From assembly GCF_009914755.1 (NCBI RefSeq), contig NC_060928.1: DNA of 64,000 nucleotides; one strand, written 5' to 3'. The notes beneath the pieces were generated by a model that saw only the letters and a list, made by a program, of their open reading frames with translations, was not told the origin of the DNA and made no database searches. How positions within the stretch are numbered: the stretch's first letter is position 1; every line of letters begins with the position of its first letter. The DNA comes from the human T2T-CHM13v2.0 reference genome, Homo sapiens. Shown piece by piece: positions 28,331 through 46,946 of the stretch. A program made the position numbers and the translations under genes.

Positions 28331-30232
28331 GTAAGTACAGTAAAAAATCAAGATGGTGAAATACAACTCAGGAACACACATGTATTAAGGCAGGTTTGAC
28401 AGTTCCATCAGTATACTACAAAAAAAAAAGTGCTTTGTAAACCTAAAGCCACAGTGGCCTTAGACCATGTTAAATGCTTTAATACATGTCCAAAGGATTA
28501 AGGAAGTATAAGGAAAGAGAATGTGAGTTCTTTTTAGGAAGATTTAAGAAAGCTCCAGGAAGAAGTGGCATTTGAGATCCTTCATCCTTAAAGATTTCAA
28601 TGACAAAGGTGGTACAGTGATATTCTTGTTATTGGGAACAAATACAGGAAGCTATGAATATAGAAAATATTGGGAAATATTGCGTAATTTGGTGTAATAT
28701 TGTACAAAACAGTGATGTACATTATTGTATAATTAATATAATGGTAAAAGTTATATTCATATCATACTATTACAATTAATTATTTTTGATATTCGATATA
28801 TACAAGGTTAGAATTGGGAAATTCATACCAAAGGGATTTGTTCACCTATTTTCTATCAAAAAAAATCCCATTGGATATTAAGCAGCAAATTATTTATACA
28901 ATGTTGGGAAATAATGTGGTAACACTTGTTTATTTTTTAATGTTCCATATGGATTTAATTTTTGTGTTATTGTCTGTAGAATAAAGGACAATAAAAAAAT
29001 TACCAAGACTTTATCTGGTTGTTCTGGTATGTTTAAACAAATTCCTTGGGGATTAGTATTTCATTTACTAATAAAAACTTTTCAACTTCAGTGGACAGCT
29101 ATTAGTTGATACACATACAGGTATAGAAATTATAAATAATTTTTCACCGAATCATACTGAAAAATTTATAGTCATTGTTTTAGAAATCATATTTGAATAT
29201 GACTTCTTTCAATAATATGACAATTAAAATGTTAGGAAAACACTGATTCAATATGTACTAATTTATTCTAAATGCCAAGTGCTAAGTGTACTTATATCTA
29301 TAAAAATGAAATTATATGAAGTGTACAATTACTTTATCAAACATTCATCCATTTAATTAAAATTTTCTTTGCGTTTTATACCTAACTTGTAATATTTTGT
29401 ATATTCCCATCAAGTTTTTCTAATTCCTTTCAATTGGAATGAGATGTGCTTGAGATGGTATTAGAAATAATTAAGAAGTCAGACACAGGGAGATTGCTTT
29501 TTCCAGGACATTATTTAGGTAAACTATTTTCAAAAATATCAAACAGTCACCAAAATGGGTCACATTCTATAAATAATAGAATTAAGTTTTGAAACAAAGG
29601 TTGCATACTTTCCTTGTTAAAATCCAAGCCATTCTCAGAAAAAGCTAATTATCTTAAGGCTGTGAGTCAACTGTTGCCAAATGGTCGCACAGTTAGCGAC
29701 AGAGGAGAAATGAAGCACAGAGCAGTAAACCTTGGGGATTCACCTGGCCTCCTTCGCAGCCAAGATTTTTCCTATGGTGTTAGACAACAATTAAAAAATT
29801 TGAAATGGAAGGTGACTCAGTAAAGGGCAAACTGAAAAGTGTAACTCTCAATCAGATCATCCATATCACAGTAAAAGAATAACCAGAGAATAGTGAAAAA
29901 ATAAGGAGAAAGTAACATTTTCCAAAGCCGGTGTGAATAGATAATTATTCTTCTGCGTAACTGGAGAAGTAGAACAAATACTGACATCATATATAATAGG
30001 GACCTTTACCAACTAGCTGGGAAGTCTTCAGAAATCATATTCTCTATCTCTAGGTTTCAGTTTTTCACCAATAAAATAAAGTGGAGTGGACTAAATGATT
30101 TCTGAGGCTGTTTTTCCATGCTAACATTCTATGTCTTTATATAAAAGGATCTATTTGTAGAATAGTTGAGTGTAAGCAGCAGGAGAAAGACCTTATCTGT
30201 TTTGACCCAGCACATAGAATAGGCCCTGTCCC

Positions 30233-30526
30233 GCTGGGCGTGGTGGCTCACACCTGTAATCCCAGTACTTTGGAAGGCTGAGGCGGGCAGATCACGAGGT
30301 CAGGAGATCAAAACCATCCTGGCTAACACGGTGAAACCCTGTGTTTACTAAAAATACAAAAAATTAGCCGGGCATGGTGGCAGGTGCCTGTAGTCCCAGC
30401 TATTTGGGAGGCTAAAGCAGGAAATGGCGTGAACCCGGGAGGCGGAGCTTGCAGTGAGCAGAGATCGCGCCACTGCACTACAGCCTGGGCGACAGAGCCA
30501 GACAACGTCTCAAAAAGAAAAAAAAA
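30233..30526 (+). mobile_element. AluY
   Basis: Y diagnostics (accatcctggctaacacggtg, atggcgtgaacccgggaggcggagcttgc); perfect 17-bp TSD agaataggccctgtccc at 30216 and 30527. Confidence 0.96.
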
Positions 30527-30684
30527 AGAATAGGCCCTGTCCCACAGTCAGCACTCAAAACAACACTTGTTAAATGAGTGAATAAGCCAGAAAATAAAGG
30601 CTGGTGGATTGGTAAAATGACTTTTACTGGAAAGACTGTGTATGCTGACACATACACTGGTACAATAAGATGTTTGTCTCATCC

Positions 30685-30990
30685 TTTTTTTTTTTTCTTT
30701 TTTTTTTGCTGAGACAGGCTCTCACTTTGTTGCCCAAGCTGAAGTGCAGTGGTGCCATCATAGCTTACTGCAAGCTTGAAACTCCTGGGTTCAAACAGTC
30801 CTCCCTCCTCAGCCTCTTGAGTAGCTAGGACTACAGGCCTGCCCTACCACCCCTGGGTAATTTTTTATTTTTTGCAGAGGCTGAGTCTCACTATGTTGTC
30901 TAGGTTGGTCTCAAACTCCTGGGCTCAAGTGATGCTTCCACCTCAGTCTCCCACAGTGCTGGGATTACAGGTATGAGCACTGCACCCACC
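30685..30990 (-). mobile_element. AluJ
   Basis: J-type features (atcatagcttactgca, actcctgggctcaagtgat); catcctt flanking repeat. Confidence 0.93.
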
Positions 30991-32181
30991 CCATCCTTCT
31001 TCTTTAAGGTAAATTACACCCTTTGTGATGGTGGAGCAGGTAGATAAAAACGAAGTCCCTAAGGAGCCTCAGTGTTTCTCACAGGTTTCTGTGCTCCTGG
31101 TTGGAAAAGCTAAAAAGTGGTTTGAAGTTAGTTATGAATATTAGAGAATACCTTTTGTAATGAGTTATCTGCTATAGAGAGTAACTAGTCCTCTAAGCAG
31201 TGGTCAGATTGCTGTTTCATGAGAAACAGTGACTAGCTTTTCCATGTTGAATGAATCCAAGTAATATCATTTAAGTTAATATACAGATTTAATTTCAAAA
31301 TCTATCTTCTTGACTGGTACATCCTGGCTAACTTGTTAGACATAGCCATGGAATTTATTTAATTAGCTTCTCCTTACTATAACAAATAAATGCTAGTTTG
31401 AATGAAAATCTAATGAGAGCCAATTATATATTTAAAGCATCACCTGACTTTTGAAAGATGTTATTACCAGATAGGGAGAACTAAAATATACTCAATTAGT
31501 TATAACATTCTCTTCTCAATGTTCATGGATTTCCTAGTAGGATCCAATTCTCAGAAATTCATGATGCAAATGCAGTTAAATTGAAGTAGATATCATAGAG
31601 AAATAAAAATGGTCATTTTATTTTCAGTTAGTTCTTTGGGTTTGAGAGGATATTAAGTTACAGTATGAGACACTGATCTGTCAAAATTATGAAACATTGA
31701 TCTGTGAGATAAAAATGTAAGCCACGGTACATTTTCTGACTTACAGTCTGAGACTGCACGTTTATTTTTCTGTTATGTTTTGCTGTTCCTAGAAATTAAT
31801 AATGACAGAAATAAACACATTTAATAAAGTAAGATTTCCAGCAGTGGATTTTAACACAATCTGATTTATTTGTTTAATATTGAGTCTTCAATAGAGTTTC
31901 TCAGATAGTATGTAGTTTTACATTATGAGTACTACATTTAAAAGTGGGAACTTAATATGGATATACTGAAAGCAATGCCAGTTTACAAGATAATAATTAT
32001 TAAAAATGTAAAGTACCTACAGCGCAGGTGAAATAATGCACGCGTAGACTACCACTGGTTACTTGTTTAATATTTTGGGGTACTCTTAAAAGAATTGAGG
32101 GAAATTTTAAAAGAAAAGCATTGAGACTCCAGTTTGATATAGGTAAAGGCCACAACTTTTGTATACTGATACACTTATTTA

Positions 32182-32530
<349 letters not shown>

Positions 32531-32809
32531 AAAATTTTGATTTTCTAAAAGACAAGAAAATCCTAGAATTTTATAGCCAATAGAGATATTCAAGATTACC
32601 TAGTTCAGTTTATTAATTTTCCTGAAAAAGAAATGTAGTCTCAGAGTTTTTGGTGATTTTCCCAAGGTTAGCGAGAGAAAAGAAACAATTTATTCATTTC
32701 ACTTTTTTTTTTCTGAATGAATTTGAATGGTTAATATTATACTCAATATATTAATGGCATGTTTATGTTAAAAAGGGTAAATAAATATCATTTTATAGTA
32801 ATTATAGAG

Positions 32810-33200
32810 ATTTATTCATTCAGTTCATTTAATTAATATTAGTTTAGTATCTACTAAGTGCCAGACACTGTTCTAAGTACTGGGGATATAAAGTTTTACC
32901 AGATGGACATACTGTCATGGACTTTACGTTCTGGTGAGAAGAATAGTCAGTACACAAAATAATAAATACATTAATATGAAAAATATTTTCCAGTGTTAAA
33001 TCCTGAGCAGAAACTTAAAATTGAGTGATATGACAATAAGCAAGTTGATGTCTATTTTAGAATCAATGCTCATGAAAGTCCTTTGACACAGGAAATTTAA
33101 ACTGAGATTTGAAGGGCAAAGGGATAACCCTATGACCTTGGGAAGGTTGTGGGGAGAGATCATTAAAAGAAGGGAACAGCTGGTACAGAATCTCTTGAGT
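32810..33200 (-). mobile_element. L2 fragment
   Basis: ttattcattcagttcattt...tatctactaagtgccagacactgttctaagtactggggata, typical of an antisense L2 3' end. Confidence 0.7.
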
Positions 33201-33333
33201 AGAAAAGATTCAGAAACCCATTGAATGCCATTTAGAATTTATTGTATATAATCATATATAATTTTACCATTTTAAATGTGTTGTTCTCAATTTATAATAT
33301 AGAGTCAGACTTTCTTAAGTAAACCTTTTTTAA

Positions 33334-33622
<289 letters not shown>

Positions 33623-33821
33623 GACCTTCTTTAATTTTAAAACATTATGTTAAAACTAAATCATTACTCTTGGTATTGTGCTACTTCTAATCCATCCTCT
33701 TTATTTTAGTTGAACTCAGTTTATATTTCTAAACATTGCAAGTTAGTTTAGTTTTCACCCTGAAATAACCATTATCTTGATAGAATGGGGACACTGTCCT
33801 GTCAAGAATTGTGCTCTTTGG

Positions 33822-34155
33822 CAGGGGTCCCTAACCCCCAGGCCACGGACCATGCTTGTCCATGACCTGTTAAGAACCAGGCTGCCCAGCTGGAGATGAC
33901 CAGTAGGCAAATGAGCATTACTGCCTGACATCTGCCTCCTGTGAGATCAGTGGCTGCATTAGATTCTTATGGGAGCACAAACCCTATTGTGAACTGTGCA
34001 TGCAAGGGATCTTGGTTGGGCACTCCTTATGAGAATCTAATGCCTGATGATCTGAGGTTGAAAAATTTCATCCCAAAACCATCCTCACCCCCAGCGGTGG
34101 AAAAAATGCCTTCCACAAAACCAGTTCCAGGTGCCAAAAAGGTTGGGAACCGCCG
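33822..34155 (+). mobile_element. MER1B (hAT-Charlie MITE)
   Basis: caggggtccctaacccc...attagattcttatgggagcacaaaccctattgtgaactg...gtgccaaaaaggttgggaaccgccg with terminal inverted repeats. Confidence 0.92.
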
Positions 34156-34464
34156 CTCTACAAGAGAGTCTGGTATTAACAATTTTAAAAAATAAAGTCT
34201 TTGTCACTGATTATTGTTTAGCATTTAATAGAAAAACATGATGGCACACTCTCTGTGGTGTTGTAGATAGTGTGATAAGAAAATGCTGACTCTCTTAAAA
34301 TTATAGAAGAAATACTAGATTTTTGTTGGCTTAACTTTAATAAGAATAAATAAATTAATATGATCTCCAAAGTGAACACTACTGATATTACTTATGGATC
34401 TAAATTAATATAGTACAAATTTGGTAAAACTATTTAGATACATGGATGCTTAGAAAAGTAAATA

Positions 34465-34930
34465 TTCCATTCATTTTGCAAATATTTAAGTACTTATTTA
34501 GAACCTAGCATCATGCACCAAGCACTGTTTGAGCAACTGGTATAATTTAGAAACATAAAAACAAAGATCCCTGTCTTTGAGGTACTTTTATTCTAACATG
34601 GAAAGATGATAACACACAATAATAATAAATTTATACAGTGTGTTAAAATGTTTTAAGGGTGCCAGAAGTGAAGTAGGCAGAAGATTGTAATATTAAATAG
34701 AGTGGTAAAAGTAGTGCTCATTGAGAAGGTGAGATACAAACAAAGACTTGATAAGCCATGGGAGTTGGCTATGCAGATATCTAGGTGAAGAGAGTTCCAG
34801 GCAGGATGAACATCTAGTCCAAAGGCCTATGGTGGAAGAATGCTTGGCATGTTAAGAACTATCAAGAGAGTCATAATGTTGCAATGGATTGATGGGTTTG
34901 GTGTATAGAGAGATGGGGACAGACATAATA
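34465..34930 (-). mobile_element. L2 fragment
   Basis: cattcattttgcaaatatttaagtacttatt...aaagatccctgtcttt...gcagatatctaggtgaagagagttccaggcag. Confidence 0.7.
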
Positions 34931-35984
34931 GACAGATTCATATGCAAATAATCATAATCTAGCTATTAATACTCTCTTTTTACCTATTTGAGTGCATTCT
35001 CTCTTTTTATGATCTACGGTACAAATATGAAACGTAGCTTACTAGATAGATTGATTCAATAAGCTTAGTATCTCATCAAATAGTTTTTCAAATAGCAAAA
35101 TAATTGCCTTATGATGTGACATATCACACATTAAGTGCTAGTCCAGTTCTTACATATTTAAATTCATGGTTAGACTGTTTACCACCATGATTGCATGCTA
35201 AATCAACATGCCTTTCACTGACAATATTTAGAGTTACTTGTTTTCTGAAAGGGTGTCTTTGACTTCCTATTTAAGGATTAGATTACCAATCAGAATTGTT
35301 AGAAATAATACCCCATAAAGTTTATATTGGTGATTAGTCTCATATCTGAACTGGAAAACACCATCACAAACAACCACTCAGGTATGAGCATCAGACATGC
35401 TATAAGTAATCTAGTTTCAGGATAAACTCTACTGTATGAAACCTCATAAAATATGATGACCCAAGTCCCTGGAGCAGAAGGAATTTAACTTATGCAATGT
35501 ACCAAGATGAGAACTGCTAGAAAACTGGGGGGCATGGAAGTGCTAATCTAGTTTAATATTTTAGTTAGCCTTAAGCAACAATAATCACAGACACACTCTA
35601 TGAAATGTTATTTGTGCCCATACAGTAACATTAATTTTCTTTTAATTTTTGTCTGCCTCAGGAAATATTTCAATTGAATTTCACATTTTTTCCCAAGGAA
35701 TCAGGGCTTCTGGAATTCAACGTCATTTACTTAACTTTTTTTCCCCACAGTTATTTTCAAATCTAAATGAATTCAAAACCAATCATTTATTATTTTGCAT
35801 TTACTTCTTCAGTTGGTAAAAATGACATGGTTTAGATTGATCTCTTGAACATTAATATAGTTCTGGAATTAGGCTTACTCATTTAATAGGTTACTCAATC
35901 ACTGATTTGCTAAACATGTATCCAAATCATGTCAGTTAGTTATCTCAACACACATAAAAATAAAGTATTAGTTACTTTTGGAGG

Positions 35985-36240
35985 TAGTATGTGTAATAGT
36001 TCCAAAAGTAGCTCTGTAATGAGATACTCTGGGCTCAGTATTCAACTCTGCTTTCTTTGATCTGTATATCCTTAGGAAAGTTAATTAACCTCTCCTTCCC
36101 TCAATTTTTCTATGGCAAAATGGGGATTAGTAATGGTAACATATTGTAATTGTGAGGTATAAAAAAAGTATATAAAATGATATAAAAATAATCCATGTAA
36201 CATGTACTGCATAATGCCTGGCACCTAGTCAGACTCAAAA
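35985..36240 (+). mobile_element. MIR fragment
   Basis: ccttaggaaagttaattaacctctccttccctcaattttt...aatggggattagtaatggta...aatgcctggcacctagt. Confidence 0.7.
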
Positions 36241-39200
36241 TGTAAATATTTCTGTTACATACATATGTGTATATTTAGAAGTATCCTGTGGTATGGTTAC
36301 AATATTGCTTAAGGTAATAAGTGAGGATTTTCCATTTTTACAAAGACAGAACCTTAAAAGTGAAGCATGGTTAAGTGCCTGAAAATAATGACATATATTC
36401 TTTTTTTAAATGGGACGTGAACAACAATTCAAAGCTTCCAGTGAATGGCTTATTACAGTATAGACATTCAAAGATGAATAGGATTAATTTAGAAAGGAGG
36501 GAAGAAAAAATATAGTTTGATAAATTTTGACATTTGGCTGTTCTTTGTATTTCAATAGATTTTAGCCCAAATCATGATAAACTCCATAAAATTTTCAAAC
36601 ATGTGCTTTAGAAATCCCTCTGTGACTTAAATTTCAACATAGCCTAGGGGGTGAATATTTTTTCAATAAATGGCTAAAAAAGAGATAAAAGAATTACAAA
36701 TCTTTAAACTATGTTTATTAACTTAAAAGGAAGACTGGATTTATGTGTAAGAATGAATTAGTGCAGTTTTTAAGTAGGTTAAGTTGCCTTAGGAAATGTT
36801 CTGTGTTTCTAAGTCAATTCTGTAAACCTATGACACTCCTCGATATTATCACTTACAAAACGAATCCTAAGTAAGACTAACATTAGAAGTCCATATATGC
36901 AACAAAATATTTTTATCAACAATATAATTGGAAATTGAAACTGAATCAAAAATTTACACAACAAACTGATAGAGTAAAATACAGATATGTAAGTTAAAAA
37001 AATCAGAAACTACGGAAGCTTAAATAAGGCTGACAATAGGTGTGTAAGCTGTGTTCAAAGTTTTTTGGAATTTTTTAACTTCTTGAGTAGTTTAATTAGT
37101 TTCACTGAGAGGCCATACAAAACAGAAAGACACAGAGTAAGAACCTGTAAAAGGACCAATATACCTGTCTTAAAATTAAAACATAATACAGATACTAGAT
37201 TTTACCACTCTGCAGAGATCATCCATTACAACTCTCTATATCCTCCTCCCGATAATCATCAATTTTTTACCAGGCAAGCAAAGACCCAGAGACTTAAACA
37301 ATATCCTTATCATCCAACAATGTGTTTCTGTCACTAATATGATGCTGCCATATAATAAATGTGGCAGTGAAAAGCAAGCAGGCCAGAAGTGTTTTGCGAC
37401 TCTTGTCGTTCTTTGGGCCACATGCTGTAGCTGCAACGTGAAACTAACAATAGCAAGAACTAATAAGGGGTTGCATTTTATTTTGTCTAAAGAGATCAGT
37501 TCAAAAACAAAACAGAATAACTGGTAGATCATTTTCATTTCAGCCCAATGGGGGAAGAACTATTTTGCAATATAACATGTGATAAGGCTATGGTCAGAAT
37601 TAAATTAATCCAGGTAAAACACTTGGAATGGTGCTTGGTACATAGAGAACATGCAACAAATATTAGTTATTTTTATAACTGAAATAGTAATGAGTCTTTT
37701 ATTTAGATAATGCCAATAAGGGCAGCAACATCTTATGCCACTAACATCAGTGCATGTTGCAGTTAACGATGGAGTAGGCACTGTGCTGCGTTTTATAAAG
37801 ATTCTTTCATTTATACTATAAATTATTTCAATTTTATAGCTGTGGAACCTGGCCCATGAAATGGTTAAGGAATGCTCTAGAAGTTATACAGTTTTTAAGA
37901 CTATGATTTATGATAGAACTGCTGAAACAATTTGTTTAAACAAAGATAATTCTGGATTAGGGACCCCGTGGCCAGAGTTCAAGTCCCCAAACTGACACTT
38001 ATAAATTAAGTTCCCTGGCTGCAAGCCTCCTCATCTATAAAATGAAGAGGTTGAGCTACAGTTATCTAAAGTTCCTTCTAGCTCTTTCCTGTGCCTTCAC
38101 GGCTAAAGCTAAATGTTAAAAAGTCACACAGTTACTTGAAGCCTTTTAAAAATTATTATTTTATTCAGTTAAATCATGGCTACTTTCTACATGTTAAGAA
38201 AAACTGTCACAACGAAATCTCTGAAGTTCTAGAAATAAAATATTTATTCCATCTGTCCAATCTATATTTTTTCAATCAGAAAAAATAAATCAACCAAATC
38301 TAGGGATATTAGATAGTGATTTCTGCCTTTTTGTTTACAGGGAAGCAGGAGAAATCCTTATGACATGATAGAAGTTTTAGAAGGGTTTCTAATCATTATG
38401 AAGGGGTAGATCTCTTCCCTCACCTCCCTGTGTACCTTAGACAAAGTGGGTCTGTATGCCAGCGCAGTTACCAGGGGTGTTCATGCAGTTACTAGAATGC
38501 AAGACAAATTTGGTAGGAAGTTCTATTTTTTTTTTTTTCCAGTTAATAGCCTTTCTCCCTTCCTGCCGTACTAAACCATCTTAATTTAGCACACTGCAGA
38601 ACATTTGCTTTAGGGTAATTTTTTTCCTACCTAAAATTTATAACATTTTGGTTTTGTCTCATGTGATTAATTTTGATCAATGCAGAGATTTCATATTCTA
38701 TAGTGAGAAATATGTATACTGAGGGAAATGAATTTTTTCCAACCACATCCCCCAGAGTATTTTTAAATATGCTTTGCTCAAGACATGCTAGGCAAATATT
38801 ACATTTATATATGGTTGAAGAATAACAAAGTGGATTTTAAATCAATTAAAATTCTGTGAATCTTATATTAATATTAAGAATCAACCCATATGCATACATA
38901 TATATGAATAATTTGACTGTTCGTGTGTACATCAAGTCTTTTGAAGAGTCAGACAAATTGTCTCAGTGAATAGAACTAAAACATATTCTTCTTTCTGAAG
39001 TATTTTAATATGTGTTTTAGTGGAAATGATATAAAAGTATAAAAATGCAAAGGATTTTTTTGTTGTGTGGTATATATAAGTGAACACAAATAAAGGTGTT
39101 TGGGTTATTTTAGATTAATACTTATTTTGAAAGTATCCCTTGTGCTAAATGTTATTTCTTAGTTAGTTGGGGTGATATTACAGTATGATTTTTTTTAAAG

Positions 39201-39999
39201 CAAATCAACCAAATTACTGTCAATAAGAGTCAGTAAAAATCAAGATTGTGCATGTTTCCTAGCATAGGTTGTAAGTCACAGTTGATACTTCCCTAACAGT
39301 TTTCCACATTCAAGCCACCTGACCTTCCAACTTGAAGACAGTCTTGCTCTAGTACTCAAGAGTAATTTCTGCTATCAGTTAAGGCTTGGCATCTCCCAGA
39401 TCATAGAATTAATGAATCTTACTATACCTTACTTCTCCTTTGAAACACAATCTTGTCTAAAGCCCTAGTATCATATGGAAAATCCTCTTAAGCCATTATT
39501 TTTTGCCCACACAGCTCTCAAATTCTTGTCATCAGATATACTGCTTCAGGTTTTCAACCTGAATCTTGGTCTGTCAATAATCTAGTGCCTAAATTACTAC
39601 CAAGCTTTTTACATTGTTTATACAGTACCTCTTATCTACTCTGGCAAGCTTGCCTTTCATTCCATATTCCAACCATGCAGTTTTTTTTTTTCCACTAAAT
39701 GCTTATTCCCAGCTCCTTTTAATCACTGTGTTGCTTTGAAGAATCATGGTGATTCATACATGAGTTTCATGTTACAATAAATTTGTATTGAAAAGTATGT
39801 AATACATTAAACATTTTGACTGATGGAAGTTTAAAGCAATTTGACTAAGGATGAAAGGATGAACTTGGTATTGAGGCTCTTAAAATATTGGTTTAAGTTT
39901 TATTTTATGCTTACTAGATCTGGAACTTAGTCACATAATTTAAATTTTGTAAACTTTAATTTCCTCCTTTGAAAAAATAAGCTAAAATAATATTTACCT

Positions 40000-40881
40000 T
40001 GACTTCTGTTTCTATTCATGAAGGAGTTACATCTGTAAGTCTTGTCTTCCAGCTTTCATTGCTAGAAAACTGGACTAAATACATAGAAAGGCTATGATCT
40101 TCAAGAGAAGAGAAACAAATGAGATCAATCCAACACTGGAATTTCTGACTGGAGGCAATTTTTAGACCATGGTACATGGTACATGGAGGAACAGCCTAAA
40201 CATAACTTCATGGTATTCAAATTTTGTAGTTGAGAAGATAAGATCTGAGTTTAGAGAGAACAAAGGAGCTAGAATTTGTGGGGCAGATTACCAGAGAGGA
40301 GGGAAATACACAAAGAGCTCTAGAAATCCGCATAGGGCCTCCCCAGAATATTTGTTTGAATAGCAATCTACACATACATAATGTGAAATTCCACATGACC
40401 AGGCAAAGAACAACTGTGAGAAAAGAATAATTAGAGTGAACTGTCAGTAGAATTCCCAGGGGTCTCACAGGTCTGGTAATCTTTTGATTTCCCATCAGCC
40501 AGAATAGGGAACCCCCATTAAATACAGAGGGTATTCAGTAGAGAGCACAGAGGGACCAAGCCTTAGGAACAGGGATAAATTAACACTAAAGACTACTTCA
40601 GACTCACCCTAAAAAATGTTTAATGCAAGCCTCAAAGGAATCAGTATCACTCACAGGTAACTTAACTGCCTGCCAGGAACAATTCTACATCTAAATCAAT
40701 GCACCTAAATGTAACACTAAATAAAATAAAATTTATAATATCTGGCAACCAATAAAAAATTACTGGACATGAGAAAAAATAGTAAAATGTGACTCAGATC
40801 AGGAGAAAATTCAGTCAATAGAAACAGACCTGGAAATGACAGATAATGAAGTTAACAGAAAAAGTTGAAAACACTATTGCA
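40000..40881 (+). mobile_element. Old L1M 5' fragment (continues at 46947-47340)
   Basis: aaaatgtgactcagatcaggagaaaattcagtcaatagaaacagacctggaaatgacaga, typical of the L1MC/MD ORF1 start. Confidence 0.7.
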
Positions 40882-40995
40882 CAGTGTGAATGACGAAGAA
40901 GACGGGTGATTTCTGCATTTCCAACTGAGGTACCAGGTTCATCTCACTGGGGCTTGCCAGACAAATGGGTGCAGCCCACAGAGCAGGGTGGGGCA

Positions 40996-41259
40996 TCACC
41001 TCACCTGGGAAGCACAAGAGGTCAGGGAATTACCTTTCCTAGTAAAGGGAAGCCCTGACAGAGGGCACTTGGAAAATTGGGGCACTCCCACCCCAATACT
41101 GCACTTTTCCAATGGTCTTAGCAAACAGCACACCAGGAGATTATATCCCACACCTGGTTCAGAGGGCCCCATGGCCATGGAGCCTCACTAATTGCTAGCA
41201 CAGCAGTCTGACATAGAACTGCAAGGTGGCAGCGAGGCTGGTGGAGGGGCATCTGCCAT
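40996..41259 (-). pseudogene. ORF0: L1 ORF0 remnant
   Basis: ATG at 41259 gives MADAPPPASLPPCSSMSDCCASN, then TAG TGA; the same frame resumes as GPSEPGVGY. Confidence 0.8.
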
Positions 41260-41814
41260 TGCTGAGGCTTGAGTAGGTAAAGCAGCCAGGGAAGCTCGAA
41301 CTGGGTGGAGCCCACCACAGCTCAAGGAGGCCCGCCTGCCTCTGTAGACTCCACCTCTAGGGGCAGGGCATAGCCGAACAAAAGGCAGCAGAAACTTCTG
41401 CAGACTTAAATGTCCCTGTCTGGCGGCTTTGAAGAGAATAGTGGTTCTTCCAGCACAGAGTTTGGGATCTGAGAACAGACAGACTGCCTCCTCAAGCAGG
41501 TTCCTGACCCCTGAGTAGCCTAAATAGGAGACACCTCCCAGTAGGGGCCTACTAACACCTCATAAGGCTGGTTGCCCCTCTGAGACGAAGCTTCCAGAGG
41601 AAGGATTAGGCAGCAACATTTGCTGTTCTGCAGCCTCCGCAGGTGATACCCAGGCAAACAGGGTCTGGAGTGGACTTCCAGCAAACTCCAACAGACCTGC
41701 AGCTGAAGGTCCTGACTGTTAGAAGGAAAAGTAACAAACAGAAAGGACATCCACACAAAAACCCCATCTGTACGTCACCATCATCAAAGACCAAAGGTAG
41801 ATAAAACCACAAAG

Positions 41815-42828
41815 ATGTGGAGAAACCAGAGCAGAAAAGCTGAAAATTCTAAAAATCAAAAGCCTCTTCTCCTCCAAAGGAACGCAGCTCCTCGCCAGCA
41901 ATGGAACAAAGCTGGACAGAGAATGACTTTGATGAGTCGAGAGAAGAAGGCTTCAGAAGACTGGTAATAACAAACTTCTCCGAGCTAAAGGAGGATGTAC
42001 GAACCCATCGCAAGAAGCTAAAAACCTTGAAAACAGAGTAAACAAATGGCAAACTAGAAAAAACAGTGTAGAGAAGTCCTTAAATGACCTGATGGAGCTG
42101 AAAACCATGGCACGAGAACTACGTGATGAATGCACAAGCTTCAATAGCAGATTTAATCAAATGGAAGAAAGGGTATCAGTGATTGAAGATCAAATGAATG
42201 AAATGTAGCGACAAGAGAAGTTTAGAGAAAAAGTAAAAAGAAATGAACAAACCCTCCAAGAAATATGGGACTATGTGAAAAGACCAAATCTACATCTGAT
42301 TGATGTACCTGAAAGTGATGGGGAGAATGGAACCAAGTTGGAAAACACTCTTCAGGATATCATCCAGGAGAACTTCCCCAACATAGCGAGGCAGGCCAAC
42401 ATTCAAATTCAGGAAATACAGAGAACGCCACAAAGATACTCCTCGAGAAGAGCAAATCCAGGACACATAATTTTCAGATTCACCAAAGTTGAAACAAAGG
42501 AAAAAAGGTTAAGGGCAGCCAGACAGGTCAGGTTACCCACAAAGGGAAGCCCATCAGACTAACAGCAGATCTCTCAGCAGAAACTCTACACACCAGAAGA
42601 GAGTGGGGGTCAATATTCAACATTCTTAAAGAAAAGAATTTTCAACCAAGAATTTCATATTCAGCCAAACTAAGCTTCATAAGGGAAGGAGAAATAAAAT
42701 CTTTTACAGACAAGCAAATGCTGAGAGATTTTGTCACCATCAGGCCTGCCTTACAAGAGCTCTGGAAGGAAGTACTAAACATAGAAAGGAACATCTGGTA
42801 CCAGCCACTGCAAAAACATGCCAAATAA
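41815..42828 (+). pseudogene. ORF1: L1 ORF1p (disrupted)
   Basis: ATG at 41815; fragment KRPNLHLIDVPESDGENGTKLENTLQDIIQENFPN; frameshifts and stops. Confidence 0.9.
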
Positions 42829-42890
42829 GGCCATCAATACTAGGAAGAAGTTGCATCAACTAATGAGCAAAATAACCAGCTAACATCATA

Positions 42891-46704
<3,814 letters not shown>

Positions 46705-46946
46705 ACAATAAGAACACACAGACACAAGGTGGGGAACATCACACACAGGAGCCTGCCGGGGGGTTGGCGGGGGGAAGGATAGCATTAGGAGATATACCTA
46801 ATGTAAATGATGAGTTAATGGGTGCAGCACACCAACATGGCACATGTATACCTATGTAACAAATCTGCATGTTGTGCATATGTACCCTAGAACTTAACGT
46901 AAAATAAAGTAAAATGAAATAAAATAAAAACAAAAAAACTATTACA

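Noticed and set aside
38320-38520. Possible exon after the acceptor-like tttttgtttacag|G at 38340
   Set aside because: No convincing donor at a plausible distance and no recognisable peptide
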